The notes below the pieces were generated by a model that made no database searches, was not told the origin of the DNA, and saw only the letters and a list, made by a program, of their open reading frames with translations. Below, piece after piece: positions 38,407 to 48,274 of a DNA stretch of 64,000 nucleotides. The stretch lies in assembly GCA_022842995.1 (NCBI GenBank), contig JALHOM010000005.1:6503-70502 (forward strand). Direction: 5' to 3'. This DNA is from Candidatus Saccharimonadota bacterium. Its GTDB lineage: Bacteria; Patescibacteriota; Saccharimonadia; Saccharimonadales; 2-12-FULL-41-12. Positions within the stretch are counted from its first letter, which is position 1. Every line of letters starts with the position of its first letter. A program made the translations under genes and the position numbers.

Positions 38407-39660
38407 CTACGCGCGTTTTAGGAGGAGTTCGAAGTATTCGGTTCCGCCAAAAGGGATTTTTTGTTTGACTCGGCGCTTGCCTTCGAGGGTGTCGAGCGAA
38501 TGAATCATGAAGGTTCCATAGCGTTCGTTGACTTCATCGACGGCAGTGGTCAGCCATTCTTGGCGATTAACTTCGTCGAACAGGCTGTATTGGCTACGAG
38601 CTGAAGGCGTGAGCTGATAGCACGTGATTCCCATGCTAGTAACGTAGAGATGTTTTGGGCGTTGATTAAATAGGTAGAGGGCGCGTGAGTAGATATCTCG
38701 GTCGGTGTAAAAGCTCGACTTAAACATTTTGCGCTTGTACCAATAGTCGCCGGTTTGGAAAGTCGCCCAAACTAGTACGCCGCGGGCATCGAAGTTGTTG
38801 TAGCGAAGTTTCTTGCCGGTCGTTTCGCAGAGGTAGTGAAAGCGGGGTAGGATATCTGCATCGCTGTTGGTGCGTAGGTCAAGCACGAACTGTCTGCCCA
38901 CTTGACCTTTATTGGTTGGGTTGCCATCTACCTCGTGGCCACGCAGGCGGTTGTGCCAGTCTTCGCCGATTACGCTATGAAAAACAAACCGTTTCAGGTG
39001 GTCTGCCGAAGCTTCTAAAAACTGCATAGGTGTAAAAATGCCGGTTGCATTGAGGCGAGCTTCAAAGTGCTTTGCAATGCCGGTGAGATCGGTCAGCTCA
39101 ATACTCTTGTAGTAGTCGATAAGATTGCGGTGATCGATGGTGTCGAGACCGTCTGGCTTGTGCCAGCTGGCGGCCTGTTTGGCCAAAAAGCGGTTTGGGG
39201 CAATACCGACGTTAATACGCATCCAGCAACCGATTTCATCTCGTACGCGTTGTTTTATCTCGTATCCAATATCTTGCAAGGAGCGGTCTTTTAAGAGGTC
39301 GTCCATGCCGTGAAAATCAATCACGCCTTCATCGATAGACTTCATTTTCACGTTCGGCGAATAGTCCTGCATAATGGCGCAGATTTTTTGGTAGACATGG
39401 TGGTATTTGGGCGGGTCGGTTTCTAGAATGATAAAGTCTGGGCAAATGCTCTTAGCTTCATCGAGCCGCATGCCAACTTTGATCCCCAGGGCTTTGGCTT
39501 CGTACGAGGCTGCTATAACGCAACAATGTTTGGAGATGCGGTTGGTAACGCCCATTGGTCGACCGCGCAAGTGCGGATGAGCTTGTTGCTCGGTTGTGGC
39601 AAAGGCACTATTGAGGTCAATGAACATAATACGTGGTTTTTCGGTGTTAAGGCCGTACAT
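38407..39660 (-). CDS. dinB: Y-family DNA polymerase (DinB/Pol IV-like)
   Basis: FIDLNSAFA..EQ, AASYEAK..GIK.GM, SIDE, N.FLAKQA...KPDG; GGAGG RBS before ATG 39660. Confidence 0.9.
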   Translation of the reverse strand: MYGLNTEKPRIMFIDLNSAFATTEQQAHPHLRGRPMGVTNRISKHCCVIAASYEAKALGIKVGMRLDEAKSICPDFIILETDPPKYHHVYQKICAIMQDYSPNVKMKSIDEGVIDFHGMDDLLKDRSLQDIGYEIKQRVRDEIGCWMRINVGIAPNRFLAKQAASWHKPDGLDTIDHRNLIDYYKSIELTDLTGIAKHFEARLNATGIFTPMQFLEASADHLKRFVFHSVIGEDWHNRLRGHEVDGNPTNKGQVGRQFVLDLRTNSDADILPRFHYLCETTGKKLRYNNFDARGVLVWATFQTGDYWYKRKMFKSSFYTDRDIYSRALYLFNQRPKHLYVTSMGITCYQLTPSARSQYSLFDEVNRQEWLTTAVDEVNERYGTFMIHSLDTLEGKRRVKQKIPFGGTEYFELLLKRA

Positions 39661-39744
39661 ACGTACCTCCAGCAATCAATCCCGCATATGTTTTGCGCAG
39701 GGTCTGACCCTGCGCAAAACAGGGGTAGGTGAGATGGTTTGGGT

Positions 39745-40020
39745 TCATAGGGATTTGCCGTCCAGTATGGCGGTTAGTGTCCAGGTGAGGCCTTCGGCGT
39801 CGAATTCGAGGCGATAATCATTGACGCCGTCGGACATATCGAAAACATGGATCATGCGCTTGCCCTTAGAGGTCGGGTGGCGCATGCCTAGCTCACTGAA
39901 GGTTATTTCTTGGTTTTTATAGCGCATTTTGTGTGGCAGGCAGATTTGGCTGACATCAAGGTTTTTTCGGAAGAGTGCCACCACTTCAACGCGCTCGTTT
40001 AGTGGGGTTATTGGGTCCAT
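39745..40020 (-). CDS. Small beta-rich protein upstream of dinB
   Basis: 91 aa, P.KMRY...HVF..SDG...YRLEFD...LTW; RBS GGAG. Confidence 0.7.
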   Translation of the reverse strand: MDPITPLNERVEVVALFRKNLDVSQICLPHKMRYKNQEITFSELGMRHPTSKGKRMIHVFDMSDGVNDYRLEFDAEGLTWTLTAILDGKSL

Positions 40021-40154
40021 GGGATACTCCGTATGAGAAATTAGAATTCGCTATACAGCGAAAGAAATTATAAATTGGTCGTCGGTCTGTAATAGAGGCG
40101 AGAGATGTACAACAAAGGGGGGGTTAAGGGGTTTGCATATATAAAAAACAAACC

Positions 40155-40296
40155 AAAAAGAGATGAGGCTTATATAACTAAAATTATTACTAAAGATCAA
40201 ACAGGGGCCGGAGCATGTTTGTCTGGTGCTTGTATATAAAGCCTGAAGACGATGGAACTGGGCTGTATCCGCCCGGAACTCATGTCTCCATGACTA
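40155..40296 (-). ncRNA. Candidate structured leader or small RNA
   Basis: TATACT at 40303-40308 (minus); helices GAGAC-ATGAG/CTCAT-CTC, AGGCTTTATATAC/GTTATATAAGCCT, CAAACA/TGTTTG, GGGC/GCCC; ends in a T5 tract. Confidence 0.4.
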
Positions 40297-40316
40297 TGTA
40301 TTAGTATACTCTGATT

Positions 40317-41438
40317 TTAGGCAGCGAGGCGAGAAGATTGGTTTTGGGTTACTTGAATGCGCCGGAGTATGCCGGGAGCGTTGCCGAGTCGGCTGCTGAT
40401 ATTGATAGGCAGAGGGGTGTCGGCATTGCGATAGGCGTCCGGCAGTACAGTAGCTAGCTCTAAAGTTCGCTGCGTTCCAATTGTTCTGGCACTTTGGATT
40501 AAGAAATTAGATGATCCATCTGGAGAAACGGTGGCCGCACTCGTCATGAGATCCATGCCGGTCATTTGCCGCAGGCTGTAGGCGAAGCTATCAATATCAG
40601 GGTAGGATCGATCATCGCCGGCTAGTCGTTTGACGCGGGCTTCTTCTACGAACAGCATAAAAAACCCAAGACCAACGGTGTTGAGTGGGTATTGGGTGTG
40701 GAGGAACTCGTGCGTTAGTTTTTCGGGGTGTTTACCATCTAGGATTGCTCGGGCAGTATCTATAGGAAAAACAGCAAGCGACATGTCGCCAAGCTTAATA
40801 GTCCAGGCTGACCCGCAAAAACCTTGGCCGCCAAAACGTGCCTGAAATTGCTCGGTATTTTTATTGAGTTGATCGGCATTTACTTCCGCCCCTGATTTAC
40901 TGCCCGGTTGGCTTAAAACGTTAAGTACTGTGATTCTGTAAGGCTGCTCAGCCACTGGCAAAGAGCTTTCAGGGAGTGTGTATTTTATGGCAGCAAGCTT
41001 GGCGTGTAGTTGCCGCGAAAGTTTGGGGTTTATGAAATCAAAGTGCGCTTCCTGAATTTCTTCTTCGGACAGCGTTAAGCTCGGTGAAATCTTATCCCGA
41101 TTAAACATGTAATACCTGTGGGCAACACCACCAAGCAGCAAGAGCATGTCGCTGGCTAGTAGTCTTTGTGCTATGGCCTCTTCTTGGTTGATGTGGCCTG
41201 ACGACCGGGCATTATTTGTTAAGATGATGCGCTCAGTAATTGCGAGCAGCAGAAATTGGGCTGCTGGATTTTCTAAAAATCCATAAGATCTAAAATGATT
41301 TTCTGTTTGTTGCTGGGCATCTTCAATAAGCTGGTTGCCGAGTCTGGCGAAAGCCGGCACGGACGTCGCTACGCCCGAAAGATCCGGAGTGGTGCTTAAG
41401 TTGGGCGTGGCAGTTCGCGCCTCTTTTACCTCGATCAT
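40317..41438 (-). CDS. Hypothetical protein with HExxH (possible zincin)
   Basis: LTHEFLHTQ followed by VEEARV. Confidence 0.6.
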   Translation of the reverse strand: MIEVKEARTATPNLSTTPDLSGVATSVPAFARLGNQLIEDAQQQTENHFRSYGFLENPAAQFLLLAITERIILTNNARSSGHINQEEAIAQRLLASDMLLLLGGVAHRYYMFNRDKISPSLTLSEEEIQEAHFDFINPKLSRQLHAKLAAIKYTLPESSLPVAEQPYRITVLNVLSQPGSKSGAEVNADQLNKNTEQFQARFGGQGFCGSAWTIKLGDMSLAVFPIDTARAILDGKHPEKLTHEFLHTQYPLNTVGLGFFMLFVEEARVKRLAGDDRSYPDIDSFAYSLRQMTGMDLMTSAATVSPDGSSNFLIQSARTIGTQRTLELATVLPDAYRNADTPLPINISSRLGNAPGILRRIQVTQNQSSRLAA

Positions 41439-41574
41439 TTTTGTCTCTTTTTATCTTGATTTTAATTAGAGTATGATTATTTTAGTATATAGTTGCTTTA
41501 TTGTCAATACATTTTAAGAATAATTTAGAGAGGTGCTTAAATAACATGTGGATCGTACAGACTATAATAGATAT

Positions 41575-41838
41575 ATGAGTTATAAAGTCATAGACGTTAG
41601 AGAGCCAGGTGAGTATAAACTAGGGCATGTCGAGGGCGCTTTGAATATTCCTGTTGCTAAAATCAAGACGTCCAAAGAAATAAAGGCCCTCGCGAAGGAC
41701 CAAAAAATAATTGTCTATTGTGCTTCCGGCGGTCGATCGGCCATGGTCCATAAAACGTTAGTAGGCATGGGCTATGAAGAAGTAATCAACGGTACTAATA
41801 AATCTATGACCGAACGTTTTTTATACGAAAATCAATAG
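41575..41838 (+). CDS. Rhodanese-like domain protein
   Basis: IDVREPGEY..GHVEGALNIP, VYCASGGRS. Confidence 0.92.
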   Translation: MSYKVIDVREPGEYKLGHVEGALNIPVAKIKTSKEIKALAKDQKIIVYCASGGRSAMVHKTLVGMGYEEVINGTNKSMTERFLYENQ

Positions 41839-41839
41839 T

Positions 41840-42472
41840 TTAAGCGACGGCTTTCAAGGCTAGCTGGCCGGTACGCGGTGCGTTTGTGGCTTTCATTGTC
41901 AATTTAGAAAGATCATCCAACGACTTAACTGCGTCAAAGTCGGCGCGCGTGCTGCCCGATACGTTCCTGTGAGTCATAAATGACAACAGAAGCGAGTGCG
42001 CTGAAGCGAGTGCGCTTGATAATGTATCAAGAATTTCTCCGGGGTTTGTTTGGATATGGGCATTATTGCGGAAAGATTTAGCAAGGTCGGTGGCCACAAC
42101 AAAGAACTGGCCGTCTAAACGTTCAGCTTCCTTAAATCCTTGGCGAATGTGACGGAGGCCTTTACATGCACTTTCTAAAAAATCGGACTCAAACTGCTCT
42201 GCGATTTGTTCGGGCGTAATCACAATGCGGGGATTTTGAGTATCGGTTTCTTGATTGCCTGCGAGTAATGCGATAACCGAAAAGCCCGCATAAAGTTCTT
42301 CACCAGTTTGAGTTCGCATATAGGGTTCGTTTGTTGGATCTAGTTTGTCCACCATCTCTGCTAATTGCAAATGTGGGCCAGAGGTTGTTTCGATAATTTC
42401 TGCCCGGACATGTTCAGGAATCTTAAATCCTTGGTGGGGTCTTAATTCCGCAAGTTGAGTTCGGGTAGACAT
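41840..42472 (-). CDS. Hypothetical protein
   Basis: 210-aa ORF with a TGnTAATAT box 6 nt before ATG. Confidence 0.6.
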   Translation of the reverse strand: MSTRTQLAELRPHQGFKIPEHVRAEIIETTSGPHLQLAEMVDKLDPTNEPYMRTQTGEELYAGFSVIALLAGNQETDTQNPRIVITPEQIAEQFESDFLESACKGLRHIRQGFKEAERLDGQFFVVATDLAKSFRNNAHIQTNPGEILDTLSSALASAHSLLLSFMTHRNVSGSTRADFDAVKSLDDLSKLTMKATNAPRTGQLALKAVA

Positions 42473-42503
42473 ATCTTTATATTAGCATAAAAACGATGAA
42501 AAA

Positions 42504-43427
42504 TCAACTTCGGAGGAGTTTTTGGGCGGTGTCCCACATGCTGGCGTCGCCGTGTTTGACTTTGAGCCAGTACCACCATTCCAGGCCCCACAGGTCGACG
42601 GGGTACAGCTTGGATTTGAGGGCGTAAGCAACATTTTCTTCAAAGAGTTCGGCGTTCATGAACTGCATTTGTTCCTGAACTGGCGTGCTTAAAATGTCTT
42701 TTGGTAGCCATGGTTCGGCTTGAAGTTCGTGTATAAAAAACGGTGTCCGTTTAAAAAGTGCAATTAAATGAGCGCGGAATCTATAAAAAGCCGCCGGTCG
42801 CATAGAGTACGAATAATCACCAAATTTATTGAGTGTAATGCGGTAGAGCGAGGAGGCGAAAATATCTGGTGTTGGTTTGCGGAAAGGGAAGCCCCAAGAG
42901 TCAGACAGGGTCATGATGACTGGATGGTTTGGGTCGGTATTTTTGACGATCTCTAGTTCTTTTTTAAGCCGAGAATGAGAGAAATCTTGATCGACGCAGT
43001 AGCCAAATTTCTTGAGTAAAGCCTCGTTTTCAAGCTGCCACGATTCGAGTGCCGGGTGGTCTTTATATCTGGTAACGACGGTTTCGATGTATGCAAATAA
43101 TGCTTGATGCCACTCTTCTTTCGGTAGGTCAGCGGCCCAGTTAGGGATGTGGCATTCAGGCCAACGTGGTTGGCGTTTGCCAAGACACAGACTAACCTTG
43201 GCGCCATAAAAGTGGGCCATGTCCATCTGCCAGTCGAGTTCTTTGAAGTTGTAGGAATCGGGCTTGGGCTCATGAATATTCCAATAACTCATCAGTCGAA
43301 GCCTTTTAAAGCCCAGATCTCGAAGAGTAGCGCGGAGCAGGGTTTTCTTATTGAGGTCTAGCTCGCTACAACGATGAAGTGAAAAACTAACACCAAGTTT
43401 TTGACTATTGTTCACAAATGTAATCAT
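42504..43427 (-). CDS. Clan GH-A glycoside hydrolase (GH42/GH5-like)
   Basis: RL..YW..HEP....YNF..LD, WQLENE (acid/base), HELQAEPW (nucleophile). Confidence 0.75.
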   Translation of the reverse strand: MITFVNNSQKLGVSFSLHRCSELDLNKKTLLRATLRDLGFKRLRLMSYWNIHEPKPDSYNFKELDWQMDMAHFYGAKVSLCLGKRQPRWPECHIPNWAADLPKEEWHQALFAYIETVVTRYKDHPALESWQLENEALLKKFGYCVDQDFSHSRLKKELEIVKNTDPNHPVIMTLSDSWGFPFRKPTPDIFASSLYRITLNKFGDYSYSMRPAAFYRFRAHLIALFKRTPFFIHELQAEPWLPKDILSTPVQEQMQFMNAELFEENVAYALKSKLYPVDLWGLEWWYWLKVKHGDASMWDTAQKLLRS

Positions 43428-43531
43428 AACAGAAGTGCACTTACCCAGGTATTGTATTATTGTGTCCTCTGTCGCAATTTAAGCTATACTTTTTATAGTT
43501 ATGAATGAACTAAAAGGCTAGTCAGTAACTT

Positions 43532-44833
43532 GTGCGTTTAAGCGAACAATTACGCCATAAACTTACCTATTCGGTCATGATATTAATGACCTTGCCTTTT
43601 GTTGTCTTTGTTGCGCTTCCCAGCCAGTGGAATGCAAGTTCGACCACTTTGTATATTAGCTCGTTGGCCGGATTTGTAGGGGTGATACTTTTGATTTGGC
43701 AATTTGCATTAGGTACAAGAGCGGTTAATGCGTTGCTATACCGGGATTTATCGTGGCCACTTAAAGTGCATAAAATATTAGGAAAATGGGGAACGCTCGC
43801 TATATTTTTCCACCCTCTTCTAGTTGTGTACTCTTATGGTGAAGATTTGCTATATGTCTTTGTGCCTAGTTTTAAGACGGATTTTGAGGCGGCAGTTAGC
43901 TGGGGTCGCCTGGGATTCGCATTCTTAGTAGTCCTTTGGGTGAGTTCGGCATTGTTGCGGGGTAAAATTAAATTCCGACCATGGAAGTATCTGCATTATG
44001 TAGCTTATTTGGTTTTGCCATTGGTGCTTCTGCATGGATTTTACGCAAGTACTACCCTAGCCACGAACAATTTCTTGCTTGGATATTGGTACGCCCTAGC
44101 TCTTCTGTTTGTATGTATATTGGTCATGCGGTCTCTGCATATTGCCGGAATTGGCAAGCATCGTTTTAGTGTAGTAGAAAATTCGGCACTGAATGATGAA
44201 GTCCAGTTGCTGCGTCTAAGGACGAAGGCGAGTAAACTGAGGGTCCAAAAAGGGCAGTATGTTTATCTGCAGAACAGGCTGCTGAGCGAGGAGCATCCAT
44301 TTACTGTTCTTGCGATCGATAAATCAGGAACAGAGATATCGATAGCCTACAAAGTCGTAGGCTCATTCACCGCTAAATTACGTGCGACGGTAGTTCCAGG
44401 AGACGTCTTGATCGTAGATGGCCCATACGGGTTTTTTACAAGAGAGCTTGATGCGGGTTTGGCGTTAAAGCCGATTTTTATTGCTGGCGGGATTGGAATA
44501 ACTCCTTTCATGGCGCATCTTACGTCTGATTCGGCATCGGAAAATATTTTGTTTTATGCCAATCGGACGCCTCAGTCGACAGTATTTAACCAGCAATTAA
44601 GACAGGCGCTTGGTAAGGGACTTATCAATATCTACAGTCAAGATGTTGGGAAGCAGATAGGCGCTGAAAGCGGATATATTACGCCAGCGTTGATCAATAA
44701 GTATGTGCAAAAACCACAGGCGCACAGTTACTTCATATGTGGCCCGGAACAGATGATGGCAATGGTTACTGAAGACCTGTTGTCCATGGGTGTTCTTAGG
44801 CAGCAAATATTTACCGAGAAGTTTGGTTTCTAG
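43532..44833 (+). CDS. Ferric reductase-like transmembrane protein with FAD/NAD(P)-binding domains
   Basis: TM heme His pairs (HK..G...H, WKYLH...LH), EEHPFT, DGPYG, IAGGIGITPF, ICGP..M, EKF. Confidence 0.88.
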   Translation: MRLSEQLRHKLTYSVMILMTLPFVVFVALPSQWNASSTTLYISSLAGFVGVILLIWQFALGTRAVNALLYRDLSWPLKVHKILGKWGTLAIFFHPLLVVYSYGEDLLYVFVPSFKTDFEAAVSWGRLGFAFLVVLWVSSALLRGKIKFRPWKYLHYVAYLVLPLVLLHGFYASTTLATNNFLLGYWYALALLFVCILVMRSLHIAGIGKHRFSVVENSALNDEVQLLRLRTKASKLRVQKGQYVYLQNRLLSEEHPFTVLAIDKSGTEISIAYKVVGSFTAKLRATVVPGDVLIVDGPYGFFTRELDAGLALKPIFIAGGIGITPFMAHLTSDSASENILFYANRTPQSTVFNQQLRQALGKGLINIYSQDVGKQIGAESGYITPALINKYVQKPQAHSYFICGPEQMMAMVTEDLLSMGVLRQQIFTEKFGF

Positions 44834-44875
44834 GTGCGGCAATGAATAGACAGTGCAGCGAAGCTTGCATAGGCC

Positions 44876-45739
44876 TTAGCTACGGACAATGGCAAGGCAG
44901 ATAATGCCAAATACAGTGAAAATAATTCCGAACCACTGAATTTTCAAAAGCTTTTCTTTAAATAAAAAGTAGGCGATGACGACAAACAAGGCAGGCGAGC
45001 TGCCGGCGATAGGTGCAACGACGGCCGTTGGCCCGCTTGTGACGGCCAAGGTATACATGCTGCTACCGGTAACCGACAAAACGGCCGCGATTAAAATTAG
45101 CCATTTATTAGTAGGTGGTTTGAATATTTTTGTTTCGCCGCGAGCAATAGCAATAACAGAAAACAGTACGAGACCAACGACGTAGGCCAGATAGACGGGA
45201 AAGAACCAGCCCAAGGGCTCGACCACCGTTTCGATTAAGCCGTAGAATACTCCCCACAGTAGCAGGGCGGCAAAGGCGTATATGGCGCCACTTGTTCCCA
45301 GGTTTCGTATAAATAGACGCGGTTTGGTGTTGAGTGCTGAGAGAGTGGTAGCGGCGAGGATCAGTATGATGGCAAGTAATTCTGGCGTGTCGACGTCATT
45401 GCTAAATGCAAAAAGTCCTATCAACGTCGCAACCGCAGGATATGACCCGCCGATAACGCCGGTGACAGTGATACTGCCTTTTCGCATAGCAGTGATAAAG
45501 GCTAAAAACCCAAGATTTACACAAACAGCCAATAATGCCGAGAGGCCGATGTAACCGAGGTTGTCGGAAATATCAAAATCACTGACCAACAAAACTAATG
45601 GCATAAATAGGATTACACCAAAGATATTTGCCCATAGTGAAAAAGCGAGGGCAGATGTCTTGCGACTAATTATTCCGTTCAGGTTGTTGAGAATGGCAAA
45701 TGACAGGCTGGTAAGCAGGGCGGCAAGGAGATAGCTCAT
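44876..45739 (-). CDS. DMT/EamA family transporter
   Basis: Ten TM helices in two repeats; VVAPI...SP......LFKEKL...QW.GI. Confidence 0.85.
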   Translation of the reverse strand: MSYLLAALLTSLSFAILNNLNGIISRKTSALAFSLWANIFGVILFMPLVLLVSDFDISDNLGYIGLSALLAVCVNLGFLAFITAMRKGSITVTGVIGGSYPAVATLIGLFAFSNDVDTPELLAIILILAATTLSALNTKPRLFIRNLGTSGAIYAFAALLLWGVFYGLIETVVEPLGWFFPVYLAYVVGLVLFSVIAIARGETKIFKPPTNKWLILIAAVLSVTGSSMYTLAVTSGPTAVVAPIAGSSPALFVVIAYFLFKEKLLKIQWFGIIFTVFGIICLAIVRS

Positions 45740-45903
45740 TCTTTGGGAGATTTACCTTCGATTTTTGATTTTGACCTTTTTACTATAAAGATAACTGTAG
45801 CGATTACCGTCAGTAAAAACCCTGCTACCGCGATGTAGAGTACCAGATGCGTGGAGTCATTAGTTGAGTGATCGTGACCTGGGTGGGCAAAATAAATACG
45901 CAT
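45736..45903 (-). CDS. Small membrane peptide (55 aa) with N-terminal HPGHDH
   Basis: MRIYFAHPGHDHSTNDSTHLVLYIAVAGFLLTVIATVIFIVKRSK...; ATGA overlap with the EamA gene; TGnTAGAAT upstream. Confidence 0.65.
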   Translation of the reverse strand: MRIYFAHPGHDHSTNDSTHLVLYIAVAGFLLTVIATVIFIVKRSKSKIEGKSPKE

Positions 45904-45943
45904 AAGCCTTATTCTAACATTTCTTTAAAAGGCGTTTACTTAG

Positions 45944-46567
45944 TTAGGTGTCCAGAGATTGCCACAGGTGTAGGCTAGCAATAGTACGATATGGAGCCCA
46001 GTTTTCTGCTATGGCGACGAGATCTTTTGGCGGGGGAGTGGAGGATAGTTTGCGACTTAACATTATGGCGCGCTGCAAGCCAGCGTCAGCCGGGGCAAAG
46101 ATGTCTGGGCGTCCAAGGGTAAAGATCAGGAACATTTGGGCGGTCCAGACACCGATGCCTTTTACATTCGTTAGCTCGGTGACGACCTTGTCGTCGTCGA
46201 GGTTTTCGAGATGTTTATAAACCCCTGGGTCTTTCAAGAAATGTGCCGATAAATCATAGATGTAGCTGGCCTTTTGCCGTGATAAACCAACAGCTCTCAG
46301 TTCATCAATACTTAACACGTTAACTATTTTTGGATCGCATTTTGTTAGCGTCTCGAACCTCGAGAATATCGTTCGTGCTGCCGCAAGGGATACTTGCTGC
46401 GAGATAATACTGCTACACAGAGCGTAAAAATAATCAGATTCGGGCGTTGGAATTTTGAGTTTTTGAGAGGTAATTATAACCCGCAAATCTGGATCAACCT
46501 CTGATAAAAAACGCTCCCCTTCGGAAATAAGTTCTGCTGAATTAAAGATACTTGAGCGCTGAGTCAT
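45944..46567 (-). CDS. alkA: DNA-3-methyladenine glycosylase II (AlkA family)
   Basis: IISQQVS, GLSRQKASY, VKGIGVWTAQMFLIF.LGR.D.F...D, WAPYR. Confidence 0.9.
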   Translation of the reverse strand: MTQRSSIFNSAELISEGERFLSEVDPDLRVIITSQKLKIPTPESDYFYALCSSIISQQVSLAAARTIFSRFETLTKCDPKIVNVLSIDELRAVGLSRQKASYIYDLSAHFLKDPGVYKHLENLDDDKVVTELTNVKGIGVWTAQMFLIFTLGRPDIFAPADAGLQRAIMLSRKLSSTPPPKDLVAIAENWAPYRTIASLHLWQSLDT

Positions 46568-46713
46568 AGCGATACTATATCGTGAAATTCGGCAACCCCC
46601 ATAGCTTTAAATTGTAGTTTTGTAACAAACTATGGCTGGAGGTTGTCTGCATGCTACAATGCATGCTAACTCGCATGCAATGTAATGCCCCTCGGGGCAG
46701 GAGCTTCACAACT

Positions 46714-48201
46714 ATGAGCAAGATCAGTCCCCATAAACTGGCGTTTTTTAGTAGTAATCCATTTCTCGCGCTTACGTACGATGATGTTCGTCTACGGACA
46801 AAAGCCAACCCAGCCAGTCCGCTGCCTCATGTGATTGACACTTCTGGCAGATTTTCCCGTAATGTCCCTTTGAAGGTACCTTTCGTTTCCGCAGCTATGG
46901 ACACAGTGACGACATCGGCCATGGGAATCGCGATGGCGCGTTTTGGTGGCTTAGGTGTCATACACGCTGGGCTCGGTCCTGAAGATCAGCGCCGTGAAGT
47001 GCGTCGCGTCAAGCTGTATATGAACGGGGTTGTTGATAAGCCGATTGTTGTTCGGGATAGCGACCGTGTCGATCAGGTTTTGAAGATGTGTGACGAAAAT
47101 GCCTTCGAATTTAGGACATTTCCGGTGATTAACGCTTCGGGGAAGTTTGTTGGCTTAGTAACCCAGAATGATTTTGATTTTTGCCTCGACCTTGATAAAA
47201 CGATTGAAGAGATTATGACGCCGATAGAAAAGGCGATCACGCGCAACAAGCAATTGAGCCTTCAGGAAGCCCACGATATTATGGCCGAGCATAAGGTGAA
47301 AACGTTGCCGATTCTCGGTAAGGACGGGACTGTCAGCAAGCTGTTTTTGTTTTCGGACGCCAAGCGAATTATTGATAGCGCCACCAAAAGCAATGTAGAC
47401 GGGAATGGGCGGCTTTACACGGCGGCGGCTGTACCAACCGATGACGAGGCGGTCGAGCGGGTGCGTCTCATGAAGGACTATCTCGACGTCGCCGTGCTTG
47501 ATAGCGCCGACGGCGACTCTTTCTATGCTTTCGAGACGCTCAAGAAACTGAAGGCTGAATTCCCCAATCTTGATGTGGTTGTTGGCAATGTGTCTGAAGG
47601 CTCTTCGGCGTTGCTTTTGGCCGAAGCGGGGGCTGACGGAATTAAGATTGGTCAAGGGCCAGGCTCTATTTGTACAACGCGCATAGAAACGGGAATCGGT
47701 ATGCCGCAAGTAACCGCCGTTTGGGATAGCTTCTCGAAGTTGCAGGCAGGAAAATTTGATATACCGATCATTGCCGACGGCGGTATTCGAAATCATGGTG
47801 ATATTTCTATTGCTGTAGCCGTGGGTGCCGAGGCTATTATGATGGGCAGTATGTTGGCTGGCACTACCGAAGCGCCGGGCGAAGTTATGACCATGAATGA
47901 CGGCACAAGGGTTAAATCTTACCGAGGCATGGGCTCGGCCAGTGCGTTAGAAGAAAGTGCGGCTTCTAGGAAGCGTTATGGCGCTACCGGTGGCGGTAAG
48001 CCGCTGGCCGAAGGCGTGGAATCGCTAGTTCCATTTAAGGGTGACGTGGCCGACACGCTCGAAACCTGCATGAAGGCTTTGGTCAAAAGTATGCGCTACT
48101 GTAAGGCAGAAAACTTGCAGGCACACCGGCTCCATACAGAGTTAATTCAGATTTCTGGGCCGGGTTTGGCTGAGTCACACCCTCATATAACAACGAGGTA
48201 A
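46714..48201 (+). CDS. guaB: IMP dehydrogenase
   Basis: LTYDDV, SAAMDTVT, CBS pair, GPGSICTTR, IIADGG, YRGMGS; AGGAG before ATG 46714. Confidence 0.93.
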   Translation: MSKISPHKLAFFSSNPFLALTYDDVRLRTKANPASPLPHVIDTSGRFSRNVPLKVPFVSAAMDTVTTSAMGIAMARFGGLGVIHAGLGPEDQRREVRRVKLYMNGVVDKPIVVRDSDRVDQVLKMCDENAFEFRTFPVINASGKFVGLVTQNDFDFCLDLDKTIEEIMTPIEKAITRNKQLSLQEAHDIMAEHKVKTLPILGKDGTVSKLFLFSDAKRIIDSATKSNVDGNGRLYTAAAVPTDDEAVERVRLMKDYLDVAVLDSADGDSFYAFETLKKLKAEFPNLDVVVGNVSEGSSALLLAEAGADGIKIGQGPGSICTTRIETGIGMPQVTAVWDSFSKLQAGKFDIPIIADGGIRNHGDISIAVAVGAEAIMMGSMLAGTTEAPGEVMTMNDGTRVKSYRGMGSASALEESAASRKRYGATGGGKPLAEGVESLVPFKGDVADTLETCMKALVKSMRYCKAENLQAHRLHTELIQISGPGLAESHPHITTR

Positions 48202-48274
48202 GCAACCGACGAACTAAATACCTGATTCATTAATAGCCAATATAAATCTGCTTGTCCGCAGATTCTAAGTCGAA

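Noticed and set aside
46648..46700. Hairpins upstream of guaB as a purine riboswitch
   Set aside because: Only two short stems (TGCATGC/GCATGCA, TGCCCC/GGGGCA); no purine riboswitch consensus or three-way junction
47155..47796. 213-aa minus-strand ORF, and similar short opposite-strand or alternate-frame ORFs throughout the track
   Set aside because: Fully overlaps guaB or other well-supported genes and has no motifs
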